DNA of 64,000 nt from assembly GCA_002245135.1 (NCBI GenBank), contig NGBS01000005.1, positions 124,001 to 188,000 of the forward strand. The letters are read 5' to 3'. The notes under the pieces are model-generated. The model saw nothing but the letters and a program-made list of their open reading frames with translations, did no database searches and was not told the DNA's origin. The translations under genes and the position numbers were made by a program. Origin of the DNA: Proteromonas lacertae (Eukaryota). Positions 1 through 14,137 of this stretch are shown piece after piece (position 1 is the first letter of the stretch; every line of letters begins with the position of its first letter).

Positions 1-1088
1 TGAATGAGATATAAGTGGTGAATTATTATTGCTATTATTATTATTTATAATATTATGTTGTAGATTATTATTGGTATTATTAGGTAAAACTGACAATAAC
101 ATTTCTGGAGTATAACCTATTAAAGGACCTTGAATCAATGGTATGATTGTATTATTTCCATAATTGTTGTTATTGAGCATTGTTATACGATAGATTACTG
201 CATGATCTAGTGATTGAATATCATGCGGACGAGTGTTAATCCAAGTCTTCAATTGTAATACAAACTCTAAGTTTGGATCTATACACTTTCGAATTGATTT
301 GATTTTATCTTCAGCTTCTTCGTAGGATATATTACCTGAAACGGATAAATATGCAATTAATAGAGAAGGCGATCTACTTACACCCTTTTCACAATGAATT
401 AATACCTTTCCATTTGAAGATACAGCATCATCAATGAAATTAAATGCATGATAAAAGTAACCAGTTATATCTTGAGTGTGATTATCACAGAGTGGTAAAT
501 TTAAATACTTAAATCGCTCTGGAAAAGCACTTGGTACAATGGATGAAGCACAGTTTATTATATGAGTTATTCCGGTTTCCTATAGATGAATTAGTATTTA
601 TAAATATATATTATACTGTTAATATTGCTACATTTTGAGCTATTTGGGATCCACCTAAATAAATAGTTTCTGTGATAGGTGAACATATCTGTGTAAAAGA
701 CTGACTTGTATGTTGATATGAAGTATCACATGTGCTGGTATTGTTGATATTATCTACATCTAATGAAAGACCAGACAGTGCAGGCAGTCTAGCAGAAAAA
801 GGATCTTTTCCTATAGGCAGGAGCTGGCTTTGCAGCAAAAGGAGATTCGCTACCAAGGTTGATTGAAGGAATCATCGCTCTACCAATTCTTCTGCCTTTA
901 TCTATGTTTATAAAAACAATGCTCTTACTTAGACTGACAGGAGGTAATGTTGGAGTAGTAGATCCCACAGCTTTTAACGGTCTGTTTCGCCTGGAAGAGT
1001 TATAAATGATAACATACCCTGAGGATGGCGATGAACTGTCCGTCTTTTCTTCCATGTCAAAATTAAACGCAGCACTCTTAGTGTTCAT
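1..1088 (-). CDS. Dual-specificity protein phosphatase (3' end runs off the window)
   Basis: Minus-strand translation near 361-420 gives KVLIHCEKGVSRSPSLLIAYL (HCxxGxSRS), followed by IRKCIDPNLEFVLQL, and upstream ITETIYLGG. Several ~27-nt GT-AG introns. The frame change near 790-860 is unresolved. Confidence 0.85.
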
Positions 1089-1133
1089 ATTCTAAACTCA
1101 ATAAATCTTAAAAGTAAAACCACCCATAAACTC

Positions 1134-1140
1134 GGCTTGA
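1134..1140 (+). promoter_or_regulatory. GGCTTGA motif in a 70-bp bidirectional promoter
   Basis: Lies between divergent ATGs at 1088 and 1159; the motif recurs in other promoters. Confidence 0.55.
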
Positions 1141-1158
1141 CTGTTTGTCATTTTTATA

Positions 1159-3057
1159 ATGAAAAAATACATATATCTCATTACACAAATTTTATTACTT
1201 ATAAGTAAGTTTTTATTCATATATACTTTTAGATGTTTATTCTATAAAAGTTGATTTAAAATGCACAGCTTGGAGGCAAACGCTTAATTGCGATCCAAAA
1301 GGTGAGAGAGATTCTTTATATGATAAAGTATTTTTTGAGATATACTGAAACAGGATTGTGATGAAATCATAATGGAAGGAGTATCTGGATTTTGTGAATG
1401 TGAAAATGGGAGAATCATCATGAATTCAACTTGCAATCATCCTGCATTTAAGTGCAAAAAGTATTGTGAAAGTTGTTATGGATTCATTCCAACAAAAGAT
1501 TGTTCTCCTTACAGCGAAGCATCTCCCGAATTATATTTACCATGTTCAAGTGTAATACCAACAAACCAACCTGGATTCTGTCTCTGTAATAATGGAAAAA
1601 TAGAAAAAAGAGTTGGTTGTTTCCATGAACCATTTACATGTATAGATGTATGTTTAGAATCAATAACAAGGAGATGTTCCAAACTGCAAAAAGAACCAAT
1701 ATCAACTCCACAAGGTGGTGTATATATATATATATATATATATTTATTATTATTGTATTAAATAGGATTGTAAAGGAATCTTAAGAGTACATAATACTTT
1801 ATATGAAGGGATTTATATATTACTATTAGTTCCACCGCCTGAAATAGAACATTCTGTAGGAGGAATGAGTTCATTATCAGTGCAAACAATCACGGGATTA
1901 TGTCCAGGAGCTCATTTTATATTCAGAGGAAGTGAAGATAAAAGAATAATAAAACAGTTTATCTATGATGGTTCTACAACTGATATAGAATTAAGTGATT
2001 GTTATGTACCTAATAAATGGTTTGAAAAACCTTATCTTTATGAATATAACAATAATAATACCATTAATTTATCATTAAAATATGGAGAAATGTTAAGTAA
2101 ATCAAGTGAATTGAAATATATTCGTCCTTTAAATATGGAATATTATTTACATTTAAACCAATCTTTTCTAGTGATTAATCATGAATATGAATGGAATAGA
2201 ACTATTACTTGTCCTGTATGTCATGGTACTAAAAGACATATTGATAATATTCAAACATGTTCGAGATGTAATGGAACTGGTGAAGAAATAGTGAAATTTC
2301 ATTTATCAAATGGAACTGAAATAACAAATCATATTGTATGTAATGATTGTAATGGATATGGGATAATACCTACAGAATATCAAGGAATATGCGAACATTG
2401 TGATGGTAAAGGTTATGTAGAAGATATAATGAAAGAAAGGATATACATTCCTCCTGGAATTCATGATAAAGATTATAAATTATTATTCAAAGGTAAAGGC
2501 GATACTAAACCATTTCATTATGATCAAGATGTTATATTTCATATAAAATATTATGATGAGAAGAATTGTACAAGAGATGGGTTGTATAATATAGGAATAA
2601 CAGTTCCAATAACAATGAAACAAGCTTTAAATGGCTTTAATAAAAGTATTTCAACAATTTTGAATCAAACTATAATGATTAGTAAAAACACTTTTACTTT
2701 GAATAATGAAGAAATGACGTTGGTTGGTGAAGGATTACCAATACCCAATGATGTAGGTGAAGTGGAAGTAGTTAATGCTACTCATACTACACCGTTTAAC
2801 CAATCATGTTTTAATTTTGTTGTGACTAAACCAAATAATTATACTTTGGATGTATATATTATATTGTAATACTTTATCATTTATGATGAATAGGTGATGA
2901 GATTATACCTAGAGGAATTGAAGGATATTGTAACTGTACATATAAAATCAGTCCGGTTTCTACTGTCAAGTATCATGAAGGTGTATCATGTAAGTATGTT
3001 GGTTATTGCGGTAATAACCAAAGAGGTAATTTGACAATTAGGTTTAAGGTGAAATAA
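1159..3057 (+). CDS. Secreted DnaJ-like protein: Cys-rich repeats + CxxCxGxG zinc finger + DnaJ C-terminal domain, no J-domain seen
   Basis: Spliced model starts MKKYIYLITQILLLI (signal-like), then KCTAWRQTLNCDPKGER and repeated GFCxC motifs. Zn finger CPVCHGT/CSRCNGTG/CNDCNGYG/CEHCDGKG. C-terminal IPPG, GEGLP and RGNLTIRFKV. Confidence 0.75.
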
Positions 3058-3304
3058 TTGATAGTTGTTATTACAATGTGAATAATTTAATAATTATAAT
3101 TATTTATTTTATTTGATTGATTTACTTTAGATGGTTATAATCGAATTCTAAATATTTTCGAATATTTTATCGTTTCATAAATAACAACTGTTGGTTTTTC
3201 TTCTGTGTTATTAACATTTTGATTGTTGTATTGTTTTATTATATTTCATTTTTGCGTATACGTTTGAATAATCAATCAAAACGAGATACAGAAGTAAATT
3301 TGTA

Positions 3305-4264
3305 ATGTCTTATATATTTATTGTTGCGATAGTCCTAGTTATCCTTTCACTATGTTCATTTTTCTACTTTGGATATGAATCATCTGAGATTAAAGAATTT
3401 TCAAACGTTACAGAGATTGAGGATTATTCAAAGTTTAAGCCAAAGAAGTCGATGAAAATATATGATATTTTCCTGTTTAGCCAAGAATGTCATATGCTAG
3501 CAGTGAGATTATATCGTCTTTCTCCTTATGTAGATCAATTTATTGCAGTCACTTCACATTCCACTTTTTCAAATGGTTTACAAGAAATTCCATCATGTTC
3601 TGAAATAATAGAAGAATATAAAGACAAAATAAAATTTGAAACTGTAAAAATTGGAAGTAATTACAAAACCCCAGAATATAGAATACTTGATTTAAGAAGA
3701 AGTATAGTAACAATTGTACCTAAATACAATATCCAACCAGATGATTTAGTAATAGTAAGTGATGTGGATGAAATACCCACAAGAAGTGGAATTGATTTTG
3801 TTTTATATAATTTGCCAATACAACAAAACCCTCCATTTTATTCATTATGTGGACCAAGATATTTATTTAATTATCGATTAGAAGTACAACCATCTTGTGA
3901 GGGTGTAATATTCCAATATAAAGATTACAAAGGTGATATAAATCGATTTAGAACAAAAGCAAAGAATGGTAAAAACAAAATGACATTTTATCCATCACAA
4001 ACTCATTGTGAATATTGTTATCCTAAATATGATGATATTAGCAGCCATTTTAAAAGATCCTCTGAGAGTGAGAAGTTACAACAATATGATAGTTATGATA
4101 CAGTGTTAAAAATGGAACATTGTCATAATGCAATTGATGGAAAAGGTAGTTTTTCTGATTATGTATGGAAGGATAATCCATTACCCAATAATAAAGTGTT
4201 TAAGTATTTAATAGATCCAATTAGTATTAGTGATGGGAAAGCTGCTGAGAAGATTACTTGTTAG
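3305..4264 (+). CDS. Glycosyltransferase family 17-like (MGAT3/beta-1,4-GlcNAc transferase-like), type II membrane
   Basis: N-terminal TM segment, IYDIFLFSQE..MLAVRL..LSPYVDQF and DDLVIVSDVDEIP motifs typical of GT17; intronless. Confidence 0.75.
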   Translation: MSYIFIVAIVLVILSLCSFFYFGYESSEIKEFSNVTEIEDYSKFKPKKSMKIYDIFLFSQECHMLAVRLYRLSPYVDQFIAVTSHSTFSNGLQEIPSCSEIIEEYKDKIKFETVKIGSNYKTPEYRILDLRRSIVTIVPKYNIQPDDLVIVSDVDEIPTRSGIDFVLYNLPIQQNPPFYSLCGPRYLFNYRLEVQPSCEGVIFQYKDYKGDINRFRTKAKNGKNKMTFYPSQTHCEYCYPKYDDISSHFKRSSESEKLQQYDSYDTVLKMEHCHNAIDGKGSFSDYVWKDNPLPNNKVFKYLIDPISISDGKAAEKITC

Positions 4265-4363
4265 TTATTTTTTTCTTTATTTACATTGTGTTTTTGTTAT
4301 ATATATACTATATACAACAATGATGTAAAATTAAATAAGAAAATTATATATAAAATTTGTTAA

Positions 4364-5567
4364 TTACAACCTTTTTCCAATATTCTCCTTAGCAAGCTGT
4401 GCAAAATAGAAGCAACTCAATCCATAACATCCCAACCACCAATATAAAGGAGTAAACATAAATATCCAACTGATTCGAACATCATTATTCTTCAACAACC
4501 ATAATGCTTTAAACATCACTGCATATGGTACTCCTGTAAATAAAAACGATATAAATGGATTGATAGTCCTCATAAAAGTACCATAAACTAAATACAAACC
4601 AACAATAATGAAAATAACTATAAATAAAAAAACAAAATAAAATATACAATCTACTATAAAAGCAGGAATACAATAGAATTCAAGTGGTTTATCAAATTCT
4701 AAGAATATCAAATAGAATTGAAAACATCCAATTATTAAAAATACACCAAATACAATACATAATGAATTGCTAAATAAAATATAAAAATAAAAAAATAGTA
4801 ATAAATACAATGATAATAATAATGAATTGATTGGAGTTTTAATCAGATAATATACACCTACAACTAAGAAATAAGTTAACCATATTATCCACAATGGAAA
4901 TGCAATTGTATAATAAGGAATATCAATTGATCCATCTAAATTAATAGGCATTAAAATGGATGTAATTAACATCAGTATTAAGTCAATAAAAACAATTAAA
5001 GATATGGTTTTATATTCATATATCTTTTGAAATATTGAGTTTGTATTAACATCTAAATAATACATATACCAACTGTAAACATATATGACTATTTCATAAG
5101 AAAATGAGATATATGCTGGAATGAATATGATAGAGTATTTTGTGGAGATCTATAGTGGTTATATAATGATTATAATAAATACATCTTCATGTAATCTGAG
5201 AGATACAAGTATAACTATTATCACTACAGAAAGATAAAACAAAAATCCAGATATTATATCTAATATCAACCCATGATAGTTTCTACTTCTATATCTCATT
5301 GCTTTCTATAATGATAGTAATTTCTAAATAATACAATTTGGTTAGTATTGTCGACATCAACAAGTGAGTCATTGGTATTCTTTGTATTATTAGAGTCATG
5401 TGAAGTTGGATTTTTTACACCTGGTAATTCCTTCTCAACACTTTTAATTCCTAATAATAAGAATGATGTATAATACCGACAACAGCAAGTGCTTCATCAT
5501 CGACAAAAACTTGATCTAAATTCTATTACATGTAAAATATCTTAGATAATACAACATTATTGCTCAT
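4364..5567 (-). CDS. Multi-pass membrane protein, TMEM185/FAM11-like
   Basis: Hydrophobic ORF 4364-5065 with repeated LDGxI..YxxIxxPLW and ISWxxxFxPLY motifs. Upstream small exons with GT-AG introns lead to an ATG at 5567. Confidence 0.55.
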
Positions 5568-5703
5568 TTTGACAAAAATAAAACTACGTTGAGTTCGGTT
5601 TTCTTTTTTCTGTTTTCGGGTGTTATCTTTTTTCAAATTTATTTCAAAGCCAAGCTAGGGAAAAAACACAATAATATAAAAACAATAATTGCATCAACGA
5701 AAT

Positions 5704-8700
5704 CTATAAAGCGTACTGTGATTCAGGGGGTTTCTCCCAATTCCACATAGCTTCATTCAACCAGTCCAACTTTACAACATATTTATTGTATCTCTTCCCT
5801 CTATTGCATTTGTCTGTTCCATCTTTAGTTGCAACTACGTGAGTAACAATATTCTCATCAAAAGCCTATAGGTATAGATATTATGTTTGATATACAGCTG
5901 AACATTTAGCTCCAAAAGATTCAGTATCAATCCAGATAGGCGCTTTTTCAGGGAGTTGTTTCATTGGAATAACTCCACTGAAAACTATATTACACCCCTT
6001 CAATACTTGCTTTCGTTGTTCTCTTAAGATATCTCTTATATCTTTATACTAATCAATCAAATATATATATAATTAACAATACAGAAGAATAAGCAGTTAT
6101 TGTTGAAGGTGATTTTTGATTAGATTCAGCCAACTATCAAATGTTATAAATAAATATCAAAAATATCATACCTTCACTAACACTCTACCAATTTGTTTAG
6201 TATAATTTAATTCTTTAGTTTCAAATTCTTTTATCAATTCTATTAATACTTTCTATTATAATATTAAAAATAAAATTATACTTGAGGTGGTTTACTAAAA
6301 TAAGTAAAGAAATTATAAGGTTTTATTTTGAACAAATTAAAAATGGGATTAACTCCTGAATCACTTTGCCACACATCAATTCTATCATCTAATATTATCT
6401 ATTTCATTATTATAACTTCTAATATCATACAGTATTTCTTGCTAGTTCATTAGGAGACATATTTTTGTGATATTGACTATATTCATTCACAGTATCTAAC
6501 AAAATATCAAATGATTTATGAGTTTTTCCCATTTGATTCAATGTTTCTCTAGTAATTACTCTATTTCCAAATAATTTACTATTATTCGATATATATGTGT
6601 AAAAATATACTTATCTTTATCCAAAAAACTAATTATTTTTAATACATATTCTTTTTCTCCTTGAGAAAATATGTATAATTCATAATATTTGGATAATAAT
6701 CTTAACATATCCTTTATTCCTGGTCTAAACTTTACATACAGTTTATATATTTGATCTATTCATTATTATAATATATACATATATATTATATACCATCTTT
6801 TGAGAATTGAGATTTATCAACATATACTGTACTAAATGTGGTTTGTAAAAAATCATCATTCAATTTCTATTCATATACTATATATAACTAATAATACTTG
6901 TAGTTGTAACTGAAATACTTCCACATTACTACCTTTATTAAAATCATTGACAGATTCAATCAATGTTAAATCTAAATCAATAATCAAGCATGGTAATATA
7001 TCACTACTATTATTTTTATTAACAGTTGAATTAACATTAGTATTTCTATTATTATTCAAAGACAATCTTGGATCTCTACTTAGATAATTATTATCAATAG
7101 ATTCTATTGAATAATTACTATTAGTAGAAGAGTCCTGTTGTTGTTTCTCTGAAGATATTGTTGGTCGAGGTAATTGAGCAATATTTACAGATTTTGATGG
7201 TAGTGGAGGTGGAGGTGGTGGTGTTGGTGGCTTAGGTGGAGGAGGAGTAGGTGGAGATGGAGGTGGTGGTGGAGGAGGTAATGATACAGATGGAGGAGAT
7301 ATAGGAGGAGTTGGAGGAGGAGGTGGTGGTGTTGGTGGTGGAGGTTCAACTACAGGTGATTCATTATAATAATAATCATCTCTTCTATCAACATATTCAT
7401 TATTGTTATTATAATATCTTTGATTCTTTATCAATAATCCTCTTTCATCAAATTCATTATTACTATTATTACCATATCCATATCTCTTTCTATCTTCATA
7501 CATTTCTCTTTCTCTTTCTATTTCTCTATCTCTATATTGCATATTTTCATAATTTCTATCATAATAATAAGAATCTCTTTCACTATCATTACTATTATTA
7601 TCATATCTACCTTGAGAATGAGTTGAATAATGATATGATCTTGGTATTGAACTACTCCTTTGATGATGATGATGATGATGATGATACTCTTCCATTTGTT
7701 CAGATAGTGGTGGTTGTGGTTGAACTCTTTGACTATTATAAAAATAACTATCATCATAACTATATCGATTATCATATTCATAATTATTATTATATCTATC
7801 ACGATTATAGATATCATCAGGATGTTGAGGAGGTGAGTAACCTGGAAATGAGTGAGATGATATTAATGGTTGAGTGTTATATCTATCTCCATAATATTGT
7901 CTTCCATATAGCATAGGTGATCTTGATCTTGATGTAGATGATGAATAAGATGATGATGATGCTGAAGAGTAAGAAGAAGATGATGATGAATATGACTCAG
8001 ATGGTCTTCGATAGTACACATATCTTCTACGATCACTTGGTGACATTGATCTTTCTCTTCCATATATTGATGATGGTGGTGATGGAGGTAAAGCAGATGG
8101 ACGTGGTGGTGGTGGTGGAGGAGGAGGAGGAAGAATTGGATCTTCTTTAATTCTTTTGGATTTATTATTATCATAATCAACAAATGAATATTCATAATCA
8201 TCTGGAGGTTTATCAGAGAAATATCTTCTCTTACGAGTTTTATTATGATTATTATTCCTTTCATTATCCTTTCTTTCAACTGATAATGGTGGAGGTGGTG
8301 GTAAATCAGATGGAGGAGGTGGAACAGGAGGAGAAGGGGGTGGAGGAGGTAATGGAGATGGTGGTAATGGTGGAACAAATTCATTAGAAGGCGGTTGAGG
8401 TGGTGGTGAAGAAGGCGGAGGTGGAATGAATGGTGGTGGAGTATCAGGTTCAGGTGGAATTTCATCTGATTGAAATGAAGATGAATCAACATTGAATAAT
8501 TGCTTAGGAATCGGTGATAGATCTGGTGATCCTTTCAATTGAACAGATGATTGTATTACTTCATGAAAACGTCTAGTCATTTTATTCTTTTTATTAATAT
8601 TCAATAATTTTGGTGGTTGAGATAATTCATAATCCATCATTTCGTTTGATTCATTCGTTTCTATTCCTATTCCTATTCCTATTTCATTATTATTATTATT

Positions 8701-9262
8701 ATTATCAGATTTGATAGGTAAAAGCAAATCAAATTGAAATCTACTTTCAGGATCAACATATGGACTGTTATTATTATTGAATACTTCAAAATCATTATCA
8801 ATACTATTCAACAAATACTCCCATTCATCATACAATGATTCATATATAAATCTTAGAAATCTACATTCTTTATTAGCTTCAATACATTTATCTTTATTAA
8901 TCACTACAAATGATATAAAATATCAAATAAAATACTTTCTAAATAATCCATAATTAAATCATTATCCAACATTGATATATTCTTACCACCAGCTACTCTA
9001 AATATTTCATCAGATGCTAGATTTAATGCATTATCACGATTATTACTAAATCCCTAAATATATATAATTATATAATTAACAATACTTGTCCAAGAATATT
9101 ATTTCCATCTTGTAATACTAGATTTAAAGATACAAAATAGTTATTATCTTTATCATTATTTGATTTATTACTATTCAAATATTATTATTATTATTATTAA
9201 ATACTAAAACTGTATATCATTCACTAATCTACTAGTAGTTCTAATAGCAAATCTATTCAATA

Positions 9263-9293
<31 letters not shown>

Positions 9294-10203
9294 CTGTGTT
9301 AATAATGAATAACTTGAATATTGATTTAATAATTCATTCTTAAATATTAATTTCTTTCTATTAATCATCATCATCTTCACTTTATCCTGAACTGAATGAT
9401 ATCTTATTGATGTATAATCATTAGGCAATAGAAATGGATACCTAAATTAAAACAATATATACATATATATGATACTTTCCTATATCTCTCATATATACAC
9501 CTTCATCTAATTCATCTATACCAAATAATTGTTTACAAGCCATATTCAAATCAAACATTAATAATATACAAGGTGTATATTTCTTAATAGATGTTTTTAG
9601 TTGTGATTTTATTGATGAAAATCGTTTATTTGGTATGTTTTCAGGTTTAGTTGAAACTGAATGATGATTACTGAAATAACTAAAATTTTCATTTCGAAAT
9701 GCTAAATTTTTAATAATATTATATATATACTTGTAACATAATCAAATATTGAATTATTATTCTCATCACATAGATAGATATGTAATATCTGATCAACATG
9801 ATAATATTGAAATAATAAAGTCAATGTATTTTTAGGTCTTCTAACATATGATATAGATACAATTATTATACGTTTTAAATATATATTTCTCATTCTTAGA
9901 TAAAGTCACTTTCCATTTTAAAATCTTTTGGAATTTTTCACTATCATCACAATTTACTGTATCTACTATATTTGACTTTAGTTCAGGAAAACAAAATGGA
10001 TATTTAGGAATAAGAATCGGGTATGAACCGGATCTTATCCATTTCGCTAGTTTAGTTTCTTCACTCTCCATTTTATTATTTTCTACTTTATAATTATTAC
10101 AAATATTCTCTTTACCACATAGATTCTCTTCAACATTAGAATTACACTTTAATTCTTCATCTTCTTCATTCTTTAAGTGGATCCTACTTTCTTCTACTTC
10201 CAT
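5704..10203 (-). CDS. RNA polymerase II CTD phosphatase, FCP1/CPL3-like (long Pro/Arg/Tyr-rich N-terminus, HAD-type FCP domain, C-terminal BRCT)
   Basis: LIIDLDLTLIES (DxDxT), YVKFRPG, ELYIFSQGEKEY, LFGNRVITRE; BRCT VLKGCNIVFSGVIP...THVVA...GTDK...WL. Many small introns. Joining exons 8904-10203 into the same gene is inferred. Confidence 0.75.
9264..9293. repeat. (AT)n microsatellite within a small intron
   Basis: Pure AT dinucleotide run flanked by minus-strand GT..AG; similar runs occur at about 1720-1742 and 11875-11890. Confidence 0.8.
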
Positions 10204-10282
10204 GTATTTAAATAATAGATTTTTTATAAAAACAAAACGCTATGTTCTTAAGAATTTTAAACTAACGATTTAAAATGATTTT

Positions 10283-10289
10283 GGCTTGA
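10283..10289 (+). promoter_or_regulatory. GGCTTGA motif in the FCP1-like/HBS1 bidirectional promoter
   Basis: Lies between divergent ATGs at 10203 and 10336. Confidence 0.55.
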
Positions 10290-10335
10290 CTTTCGAGCTT
10301 CAAGCTTCTTTTCAAGCAAAAAATAGAATTTCAAA

Positions 10336-12267
10336 ATGCCGAGGAAGAAGGTTGAGTATGACGATGATGATTATTATGATGATTACGATGATGAAGAATA
10401 CTATGATGAAGAGTATGATACTTACATGTCACCTAACAGTGGTATTTTTACCTATTTCTTATTCTATAGCTGCACACATGTTTCACAGAGATCAAGAACC
10501 AGCTGGTTTAGCAGAATTTATATTAGATGGTCGAACTGGTATTTTTTATTATAGTTATTTATTTAGAGACAAAACCAATTCCTCCTCTACCTACTTTTGA
10601 ACAGCAATCAATACCAAATATTCCTTACCCTAACGATAACATTCCCAAGAAAGCAATTCATAAAAAAACACCAGTAAAAACAATAAAGAAGGTCATGAAA
10701 TCTGATAGAATATTAAGTATGATCTTATTATTAATCATATATATATATAGCTCCAGTTCCAGAATCACCAAATACTCCAAAACCAAATCTTCCTAAACCA
10801 ACTTCACCCAAATCCCTTGATCTAAGACATGTAACTAATGCTTTAGAGAAGGTAAGATATACTCCCCATACACCTAAAGAAATACCAACACCAATACCAG
10901 TGACATTAGAAGAAATTAAGAACATTAAAGACAATATCAATATAGTCACAATAGGTCATGTAGATGCAGGTAAAAGTACTCTAATGGGTCATTTACTATG
11001 TTTAGTGGACAAAACCTGTAATAACAGTTATAAAGAATACGAAAAACAAGCCAAATCGTTAGGTAAAGGTTCATTTGCCTATGCTTGGATATTAGACAAT
11101 ACAAACGAAGAAAGAAAACGAGGAATCACAACAGATGTTGCAATCGCACATTTTGAAACGGATAAACGTTCGATAACTCTCTTAGATGCACCTGGTCATC
11201 AAGATTACATTCCAAACATGATATCAGGGACTTCACAAGCACAAGCAGCAATATTAGTGATTTCAGCAGCAACTAATGAGTTTGAATCAGGTATGAGTGT
11301 TCAAGGACAGACTCAGGAAGATATAATTGTAGCGAGAAGTATTGGAATTAAACAATTAATAATAGCTGTGAATAAATTAGACAGTGTTGACTTTAGTGAA
11401 GAAAGATATAATGAAATAGTGAAAATATTGAAAGAGTTCTTAAAACAATGGGATTATAAAGATACACAATTGACATTTTTACCTGTTTGTGGTTTAACGG
11501 GTGATAATATCATAGAAATAATTGATCCCAAGCTAAAGGCTTGGTATAAAGGCTCAAATCTATTGGATATAATTAATAATTTGAATGTACAAAGTGATCG
11601 ATTATCTGAACCATTTAGAATGTCAATTTCTTCGTTTGTTAGAAGTGATCTATTAGGCGATTGTGTTTCTGGAAATATAGAGTCAGGATCTGTTCGAGTC
11701 GGAGATCATGTTGAAATATTACCATGCGTACTATTTACAGTTGTTAAAGGTATTGAATATAAAGGTGAGAAAAAAGATTGGGGTATTTATGGACAAGAAG
11801 TGAATATATTATTGGATAGTAATGTTGATATGAATTTAGTAAAGTATTATTATTATATTATTATATTATTATATTATATATATATATATAGGTTAGGATA
11901 TGTAATATGTCATATTCAAGATCCAATTCCAACGACTACAACCTTCAAGGCAATAATAAAAACATTACCAATGATGGAAGTTCCAATCATTAAAGGTAGA
12001 AGTTTATTGTTAAATATGTTATCTATTGAAGTTCCTTGTTTTGTAAATAAGATTTATAATATTCAGTCTAATAGTGGCGAGATTGTGGAGAAGAAAGTGA
12101 GGTTAGTTTCAAGGAAACAAAATGCCGAAGTAAGAATTGTATGTCAAAAGAAGATATGTGTTGATACTTTTGATAAGAATAAGAAGTTTGGAAGATTTTT
12201 GATTAGAGATAGTGGTAAGACTATTGCTATGGGTATTATTAAGGAATTAATAATGGATTCTTCATAA
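10336..12267 (+). CDS. HBS1: HBS1-like translational GTPase (eEF1A/eRF3 family, ribosome rescue)
   Basis: Acidic DDYYDDY N-terminus, GHVDAGKSTLMGHLL, GKGSFAYAWILD..EERKRGIT, DAPGH, NKLD, FGRFLIRDSGKTIAMG. Confidence 0.88.
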
Positions 12268-12472
12268 TATGAATATAATGTTTAGTTGTATTATCGGTTA
12301 TTATTTAATAAGTTATTTTTACTTATTTGTATATGTTTGTTATCATTTGTTCAATGAGAAAAAAGAAATTTTAAAATGATGCTTGAGTAGGCTTGTGCAT
12401 TTTCAAAATAAGTAATTTTGTGCTTTATAATTCTTATCATTTTCGAAGTAAGTTTTTTATTTAATATTAAAA

Positions 12473-13926
12473 ATGGATTATGAAGAGATGGATAAACTAG
12501 GAAGTAGTGATTACAGCACCGTTTATATAACTGAACAAAATGGTTTGGAGGTAGTTAGAAAAGAGGTTAATGCGGGAGAAAAGAGTTCTGAATTAGCGAA
12601 AAGAGCAGAAAATGAGATAGAAATGCATAAAAAGCTGAGAGATAGAAACATTGCACGTTTAATAGATTATTCTTACAGTGAAAAGGATAAAAAATATTAC
12701 CTCTATAAGGATTTAGAAAAATATGATTTAGATGATGAAATATCCTGTCGTGTAAAACCAGGAAAAGATTTCACATTTGAAGTATAAAAATAATATTATT
12801 TATAGGAAGTAATCTGCTATATGAGGTGTCTGGTAAGAGGCTTGAAATTTATTCACCGAAAAGGAATAATTCATAGAAATTTAGATTGTAAAAACATTTT
12901 AATAACTCTTACTAATACATTGAGGATTAATGGTTTAAGTTTAGCAATAAAGAAAGATAATGGAGATTATGATTTAGTAGGAAATGTGGATTATATGGCT
13001 CCAGAATTATTCGAAACTCCTCCTCCTCAATACTCTGAAGCAAGTGATGTGTTTTCTCTTGGATGTATATTCTACAAGATTTATACATTGAATAATGCCT
13101 ATAAAGGAAAAGAGAAGAGAGAAAAAGTATTGAAATTCGAAAGAAGAACTGAAGAAAGAGTAGATAAGATAGAAAAATTAATAGAAAAAATGTTATTAAG
13201 TAATTCAGATAAAAGAATAACACTGAAAGAAGTGGAAGAAGAAATCGATAGAATATCCCCAATACCTGATCCTTCTATTGATTTATGTCGTTCAATACAA
13301 GAGTTTTATTTAGAGAAAGGAAAAATGATCTTCGCTACATTAGATGATATGCTGACAATGGATGAACATATCTTTTCAGCATATTGGAGAGAGAATTTAA
13401 TTCCTGTATATATATATCACTTATTAATTAATATAAGAAATTATTTCCTTCAATTGGACAAGAATGCCCTCCATATACTTTAAAAGATGCGCAAGTATTA
13501 AAAGAAAAGAAAAACGAGTTTAAAGAGAGATTATATAAACTAATTGATTTATGTTTTGCTACTCAATATAATGTAGAATACATGATAAATTTCTTGACAT
13601 CTATAGATGAATTGAAATATTTTAATGATTTGAAAGAAGAAAAAAAGAAAACAGAAGATTTGAATGACTTGAAAGAAGAAAATAAACCAATTAAATATTA
13701 TAATTATTTGAAAGAAGACAAACAAATGAAATATATAAATGATTTGAAAGAAGACAAGAATACTAAAGAAGAAATCATAATTTACAAAATAGTATGTATA
13801 TAATAATATATAATATATATATAGAAAGATAGTAAATCAGCTATTGAAGATTTAAAAATTGCAATAGAAAATATGATTAAAAATGAGAAAGATTTATGCA
13901 AAATACAAATTATTTTAGAAAAATAA
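12473..13926 (+). CDS. Protein kinase-fold protein, probable pseudokinase
   Basis: Kinase subdomains present (YMAPE, SDVFSLGCI, KRIT), but HRD is HRN, DFG is NGL/GLS and the Gly loop is LGSSDYSTV. Three small introns join the ORFs. Confidence 0.8.
13618..13773 (+). repeat. Coding tandem repeat, about four ~13-aa units (xNDLKEEKK-like)
   Basis: YFNDLKEEKKKTE / DLNDLKEENKPIK / YYNYLKEDKQMK / YINDLKEDKNTK; DNA unit ttgaaagaaga recurs. Confidence 0.7.
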
Positions 13927-14137
13927 ACACTAAACTTGATGTTTATATTATTATTCGTTGTTCACTGTATTACAATCATCGTTTTTACTTGTTGTTATTC
14001 TATTTTTATGTGTTTGTTTAATGATAGAAAAGAAAAGAATTAAATATTGAAACGTCTATATTTTTGAAATAAAATTTCAAATTCAAATTTCTTTTTACTC
14101 TACTTCATCAACTGAATCTATATACTCACGAATAATA

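Noticed and set aside
2850..2900. Apparent frameshift at the last DnaJ-like intron
   Set aside because: Using the downstream AG (GTGATGAG|ATT) restores the frame without an indel.
7311..8492. Overlapping ORFs on both strands (7311-7916, 7518-7817, 7863-8492, 7938-8150, 8184-8387)
   Set aside because: Shadow frames of poly-Pro/Ser/Asn/His trinucleotide tracts in the FCP1-like gene.
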